Assembly (NCBI GenBank): GCA_965240325.2
Contig: OZ251238.1
Coordinates: 1,054,001 to 1,118,000, forward strand
Length of the DNA stretch: 64,000 nucleotides
Source of the DNA: Rebecca billardiae RCC1528
Lineage: Eukaryota; Protista; Haptophyta
Reading direction: 5' to 3'
Shown: positions 58,834-64,000 of the stretch, piece after piece
Numbering within the stretch: position 1 is the first letter of the stretch
Layout: each line of letters opens with the position of its first letter
Made by a program: the position numbers and the translations under genes
The notes under the pieces: model-generated
Seen by the model: only the letters and a program-made list of their open reading frames with translations
The model's database searches: none
What the model was told of the DNA's origin: nothing

Positions 58834-61800
58834 CCTGTATACACTTCGTACACATAGAAAACAAGAAGCTGGCATAAGTTTTCAAGGTGTGAGGCTGTCT
58901 CATCTCGTCTTTGCCCACATACGGCTTCAGCCCCGGCTGAAGCCGTTCTGAAGCGCGCAGAAGCGGGCTGCCGGACCGAGCAGCGAGCGCCCGGACCAGC
59001 GCCACGCGCGCGCGCCTGCAAGAGCAAAAAAATGGCGGATCCCGGTTCCCGCCACCCGGCGCCTCCGCCCCTGGCCCGCCCCTGCATGGGCCCGCTCGTG
59101 GTCGCGCGCCCGCCCCGGCGTGGCCCGCTCGTGAGCTTGCGTGCCCGCTCGTTGGTCCCAGCTCCCGCCACCACCGCCGGCTCCCCGTCCCCGTCCCCGC
59201 GTAGCCGCTCTCGGCGCCGCCGCGCGGCCGCAGCCCGCCGAGCTGGTGCATGGTGCAGCACCTGGAGGCAGACCACCAGCAGCTTGAGGCAGACCGGGGC
59301 GTGCCTGGGCCGGGGCGTGTCTATTGGGCCCTCGTGCGCCCTCGCCGGCGGCCGATTCCGGCCGTGAGTGCAGCCTGACACCGAGCAGCGTCGCACGGCT
59401 CGGCGCCGCCGCGCGCCAGCCGAGCTGAGCCACTGGGCGCGGCTGTGATCTCACCCGCGCTACCCTCACCACCGGCTTGAGCCGAGCCCTGCGGCGCAAA
59501 GGCGCAGAGGCTACGCACGCACGCACGCGCAAACCGCTGCTAGTATTGAAACCAGCCCTCGCGCGCCCTTGTCGGCGGCCAATTGTGGCCGCGAGCCAGC
59601 AGTGTCGCAGCTGCGCAGCAATTACAATAGCATGCGATCGCCTGGCCCGCCCGGCACTCGACAGCCCTGCTGCCCTGGGCGCGGCTGTGATGTCACACGC
59701 GCTACCACCACCACCGCGGGCGGGCTAGCCCTCCACACACACCCGCTACTAGCATCAGTCCACGCAGCCGACTGTAGCCGCGAGCCAGCGAGAAGTGGCA
59801 TCGCAGGGCTCCGCGCAGCCGCGCCGCGCACGGTCTGCCCGCCGACAGCCTGGGCGTGGCTGTGAGTGTGATCTCACCCGCGCTACCACTACCGTGGCCC
59901 GGTTGTCCGCTGAGTCTTCGACGTCGCGGTCGCGCAGACAGCTCCTGATGGCATCCGAGTTGGAAGGGGCGCTGCCGCTCGCCTCAGCATCGCGCTCGCA
60001 CCGCCCCACCTCGTCCGCTTGCTGCCGGAACCGTACAGCCTCAGCAGGGACTGGATGCGCTTGCGCCCGAGCACGTAACCATGCTGAGCATGGTCCAATC
60101 CGCGAGAGGCGTATCGAAGCAAGACATCATCTTCGCCCTCCTCCTCATCATGCCAGCTGTCTCCGCGTTCGTGTCTTCGTGGAAGATGGCGAACTCGCAG
60201 CCGAGCCGGCGCAGCCGTATTCGGTTGGCGCCACCGCCGCGCCGCCGTTGAGCCGGCTGCCGCGCGGCTCCTGGTCAGCGGGGCGGACAGGGTCAGGTGT
60301 CTTATACGCGGAGGCAGAGACTCCACCATCCGCATCGGCCGCTCTCGCGCCTCGCATGAAGGCGGAGACGGCGGGGATCGTTGCTCGCGCGGCCTGCGCG
60401 ATCCGCCGCCCCGCGGCAGAACCGGCTTCGTGCCGCTTCGACCGGCTTCGTGTTTTAAATATGCAGGCTTCAGACGAGAGAAAAATACCGTCCCTGTATA
60501 CACTTCGTACACATAGAAAACAAGAAGCTGGCATAAGTTTTCAAGGTGTGAGGCTGTCTCATCTCGTCTTTGCCCACATACGGCTTCAGCCCCGGCTGAA
60601 GCCGTTCTGAAGCGCGCAGAAGCGGGCTGCCGGACCGAGCAGCGAGCGCCCGGACCAGCGCCACGCGCGCGCGCCTGCAAGAGCAAAAAAATGGCGGATC
60701 CCGGTTCCCGCCACCCGGCGCCTCCGCCCCTGGCCCGCCCCTGCATGGGCCCGCTCGTGGTCGCGCGCCCGCCCCGGCGTGGCCCGCTCGTGAGCTTGCG
60801 TGCCCGCTCGTTGGTCCCAGCTCCCGCCACCACCGCCGGCTCCCCGTCCCCGTCCCCGCGTAGCCGCTCTCGGCGCCGCCGCGCGGCCGCAGCCCGCCGA
60901 GCTGGTGCATGGTGCAGCACCTGGAGGCAGACCACCAGCAGCTTGAGGCAGACCGGGGCGTGCCTGGGCCGGGGCGTGTCTATTGGGCCCTCGTGCGCCC
61001 TCGCCGGCGGCCGATTCCGGCCGTGAGTGCAGCCTGACACCGAGCAGCGTCGCACGGCTCGGCGCCGCCGCGCGCCAGCCGAGCTGAGCCACTGGGCGCG
61101 GCTGTGATCTCACCCGCGCTACCCTCACCACCGGCTTGAGCCGAGCCCTGCGGCGCAAAGGCGCAGAGGCTACGCACGCACGCACGCGCAAACCGCTGCT
61201 AGTATTGAAACCAGCCCTCGCGCGCCCTTGTCGGCGGCCAATTGTGGCCGCGAGCCAGCAGTGTCGCAGCTGCGCAGCAATTACAATAGCATGCGATCGC
61301 CTGGCCCGCCCGGCACTCGACAGCCCTGCTGCCCTGGGCGCGGCTGTGATGTCACACGCGCTACCACCACCACCGCGGGCGGGCTAGCCCTCCACACACA
61401 CCCGCTACTAGCATCAGTCCACGCAGCCGACTGTAGCCGCGAGCCAGCGAGAAGTGGCATCGCAGGGCTCCGCGCAGCCGCGCCGCGCACGGTCTGCCCG
61501 CCGACAGCCTGGGCGTGGCTGTGAGTGTGATCTCACCCGCGCTACCACTACCGTGGCCCGGTTGTCCGCTGAGTCTTCGACGTCGCGGTCGCGCAGACAG
61601 CTCCTGATGGCATCCGAGTTGGAAGGGGCGCTGCCGCTCGCCTCAGCATCGCGCTCGCACCGCCCCACCTCGTCCGCTTGCTGCCGGAACCGTACAGCCT
61701 CAGCAGGGACTGGATGCGCTTGCGCCCGAGCACGTAACCATGCTGAGCATGGTCCAATCCGCGAGAGGCGTATCGAAGCAAGACATCATCTTCGCCCTCC

Positions 61801-62155
61801 TCCTCATCATGCCAGCTGTCTCCGCGTTCGTGTCTTCGTGGAAGATGGCGAACTCGCAGCCGAGCCGGCGCAGCCGTATTCGGTTGGCGCCACCGCCGCG
61901 CCGCCGTTGAGCCGGCTGCCGCGCGGCTCCTGGTCAGCGGGGCGGACAGGGTCAGGTGTCTTATACGCGGAGGCAGAGACTCCACCATCCGCATCGGCCG
62001 CTCTCGCGCCTCGCATGAAGGCGGAGACGGCGGGGATCGTTGCTCGCGCGGCCTGCGCGATCCGCCGCCCCGCGGCAGAACCGGCTTCGTGCCGCTTCGA
62101 CCGGCTTCGTGTTTTAAATATGCAGGCTTCAGACGAGAGAAAAATACCGTCCCTG
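58834..62155. repeat. Near-perfect tandem duplication, unit 1659 bp (58834-60492, 60493-62151) plus terminal CCTG
   Basis: Identical ORF sets offset by 1659 bp; CCTG occurs at 58834, 60493 and 62152. Confidence 0.95.
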
Positions 62156-62448
62156 ATTCGTCTGTAGTGGTACTGGTCGAAGCTTGCAGCAGTGGCAGTG
62201 GTGTGAGCGCGTTGATGTTGGTCCCCATGGCGGATGTCGTTGTTGTCGTCGTCCGGACGTCGTCAGGCCCACCAGGAAGTGCATGGGTACGAAATCAAAG
62301 GCGAGTGAGCATGTTGGCGTCGGCCAGGCCGTCCCCTACTTGGTCAGCAGCTGGTGCGGATGATGTCGTCGCCTACTTGGTCAGTGGCAGGTCATGGTGG
62401 ACGATGGTGTAGCCTGTTCTTGGTCAGCAGCTGGTGGGTGATGTTGTG

Positions 62449-62910
62449 GCCGAAGTTAATAGTAGTTGGACTCGCCTGAGTTAGTAGTAGTTGGACTCGC
62501 CGAAGTTGGTAGTAGTTGGACTCGCCGAAGTTAGTAGTAGTTGGACTCGCCTGAGTTAGTAGTAGTTGGACTCGCCGAAGTTAGTAGTAGTTGGACTCGC
62601 CGAAGTTAGTAGTAGTTGGACTCGCCGAAGTTAGTAGTCGTAGTTGGACTCGCCGAAGTTAGTAGTAGTTGGACTCGCCGAAGTTAGTAGTAGTTGGACT
62701 CGCCGAAGTTAGTAGTAGTTGGACTCGCCGAAGTTAGTAGTAGTAGTTGGACTCACCGAGGTTAGTAGTAGTTGGACTCGCCGAAGTTAGTAGTAGTTGG
62801 ACTCGCCGAAGTTAGTAGTAGCTTTGGACTCGCCGAAGTTAGTAGTAGTTGGACTCGCCGAAGTTTGTAGTAGTTGGACTCGCCGAAGTTAGTAGTAGTT
62901 GGACTCGCCG
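62449..62910. repeat. 25-bp minisatellite (GCCGAAGTTAGTAGTAGTTGGACTC)n, about 18 copies
   Basis: Contiguous units with occasional extra GTA or substitutions and no unique spacers. Confidence 0.95.
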
Positions 62911-62989
62911 TCGGGGACTGGTTCCGGTACTTGTGGGGGATGGCCGTGTCTCTGCTGGGCCTGGTGGTTCTGGTTGAGCTCGTCCTCCT

Positions 62990-63020
<31 letters not shown>

Positions 63021-63094
63021 CGCTTGGGCAGTTCCCCCACCCTCCCCAGCAGGGGCCTCTGGCCAGCCTGAGTTCTGCCTGCGGGCCCGTGGCC

Positions 63095-64000
63095 TCAGTG
63101 GGCCTGACCTGGCAGTGCCCTTGGGACTGTGGTCCTGTAATGGCCTCTCCAGTGAGAGATGACCCTGGTCTGTCCGAGTGCGCCCGCTGCCAGCCTGGTG
63201 GCCACTTGGGGCCAGGGTAGCACCTCAATGTGCAGCGGGTCGTGCCGGTTGTACTGGGGGGAGCCTGGGCTGTGGAAGACCTGGACCATACGAAGAGGGG
63301 CGCCGGTGTGAGGGTCTCTGGTGACCAGGACGACTGTGGTGTTCGCCCCTGCTGCCACACAGGGGAGGAGTGCATCTGCCAACGGGGTGCCAGCCTCTCG
63401 AACCGTGCCCAGGGTGGCAGCCGCTGCTGCTGCCCTCTGTGCGCTCCCATCGGGCTCGAGGTGGGCCGGCTGGAGGGCCACTGCGGCCGCCAGGACCCCC
63501 TGGTGCTGCGCACTCAGGGACAGGGCGTGCTGTACGGTGGCTTGCCTCAGTGCCTGGGCGCTCCTGGTTGCCCCTGCTGGGTCTTCGCGGGCCCCTGCGC
63601 GGGTGACGCCCAGTACCGCAAGGAACCCGCAGTTGGCACCAGTGCCATCGACGTCAGCATCCTGCAGTTCAGCTGCTGCATAGTAGGCATTGAGGGCCTG
63701 TTGGCCAGGTTCCTGCTGGGCCAGTGGGCCAGGGGGTGGAGGGGCCCTGCTGCCGGCCGGGGGCTGGCGCCCCCCTGCTGGGCCCTCCTGGCTGCTTGAT
63801 GGGGGTCGGGGGCCCTGTGTTCGGTCAGGGGAGGGTGTGAGTCTTGGGCCGCTGGCGGACGATCCCTGGGTCTGCCCATCTCTGGGGCTCGCTCCCCCTG
63901 TGAGGCGGCCGCGGCGGAGAGCGGTGAGGAAGTGCGCGAGGTCGTACCAGCGCTGGCGGCCCTCCGTCCCAGCTGTAGCTAGCTCGAGGCGCTTGTGGTG
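63095..64000 (-). CDS. 3' part of an ORF entering from beyond the window, ending in an OTU-like cysteine protease domain; probably transposon-encoded
   Basis: Frame is open from 64000 to the stop at 63095: 'DVDGTGANCGFLAV...ALRQATVQH...DALLPCVAAGANTTVVLV...ISHWRGHYRTTVP'. Confidence 0.7.
   Translation of the reverse strand, partial: HHKRLELATAGTEGRQRWYDLAHFLTALRRGRLTGGASPRDGQTQGSSASGPRLTPSPDRTQGPRPPSSSQEGPAGGRQPPAGSRAPPPPGPLAQQEPGQQALNAYYAAAELQDADVDGTGANCGFLAVLGVTRAGAREDPAGATRSAQALRQATVQHALSLSAQHQGVLAAAVALQPAHLEPDGSAQRAAAAAATLGTVREAGTPLADALLPCVAAGANTTVVLVTRDPHTGAPLRMVQVFHSPGSPQYNRHDPLHIEVLPWPQVATRLAAGALGQTRVISHWRGHYRTTVPRALPGQAH

Noticed and set aside
62449-62910. CRISPR-like array
   Set aside because: Units are contiguous with no unique spacers, there are no cas genes, and the context is eukaryotic; it is a minisatellite.

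Overview
Very GC-rich, gene-dense eukaryotic algal nuclear DNA. Short GC-rich spliceosomal introns with mostly GTGCGC/GTGCG donors, flagellar genes and bipartite plastid-targeting leaders suggest a haptophyte, possibly Pavlovales; this is inference only. There are about 17 protein genes: a tandem RbcX-like plastid protein, a DUF3598-like protein, a BAT2_N/SUZ protein, RecQ, two Fringe/GT31-like glycosyltransferases, an HYKK-like kinase, a large secreted unknown, LRRC56, an HMG-box protein, Rab8, a Cys-repeat/degenerate ammonium-transporter fusion, SURF4, a frameshifted Sel1-MYND gene, a CBM2-like membrane protein, IFT57, a YccV/HspQ-domain protein and GT64. One tRNA-Lys(UUU) has an atypical C33. 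Mobile and repeat content: a young Ty1/copia element (21971-30005, 5-bp TSD CAATA) with three 694-bp LTRs, TG..TA termini, an in-frame UAG in gag and a candidate -1 frameshift between protease and integrase; two TA-flanked MITEs in a divergent promoter; a 1659-bp tandem duplication; a 25-bp minisatellite; and a CpG-depleted ORF ending in an OTU protease domain at the right edge. The best candidates for new biology are the Amt-derived receptor-like protein, the double-RbcX-like protein, the recoded three-LTR copia, and the OTU-carrying element. All family assignments are by eye from motifs; no database searches were run.
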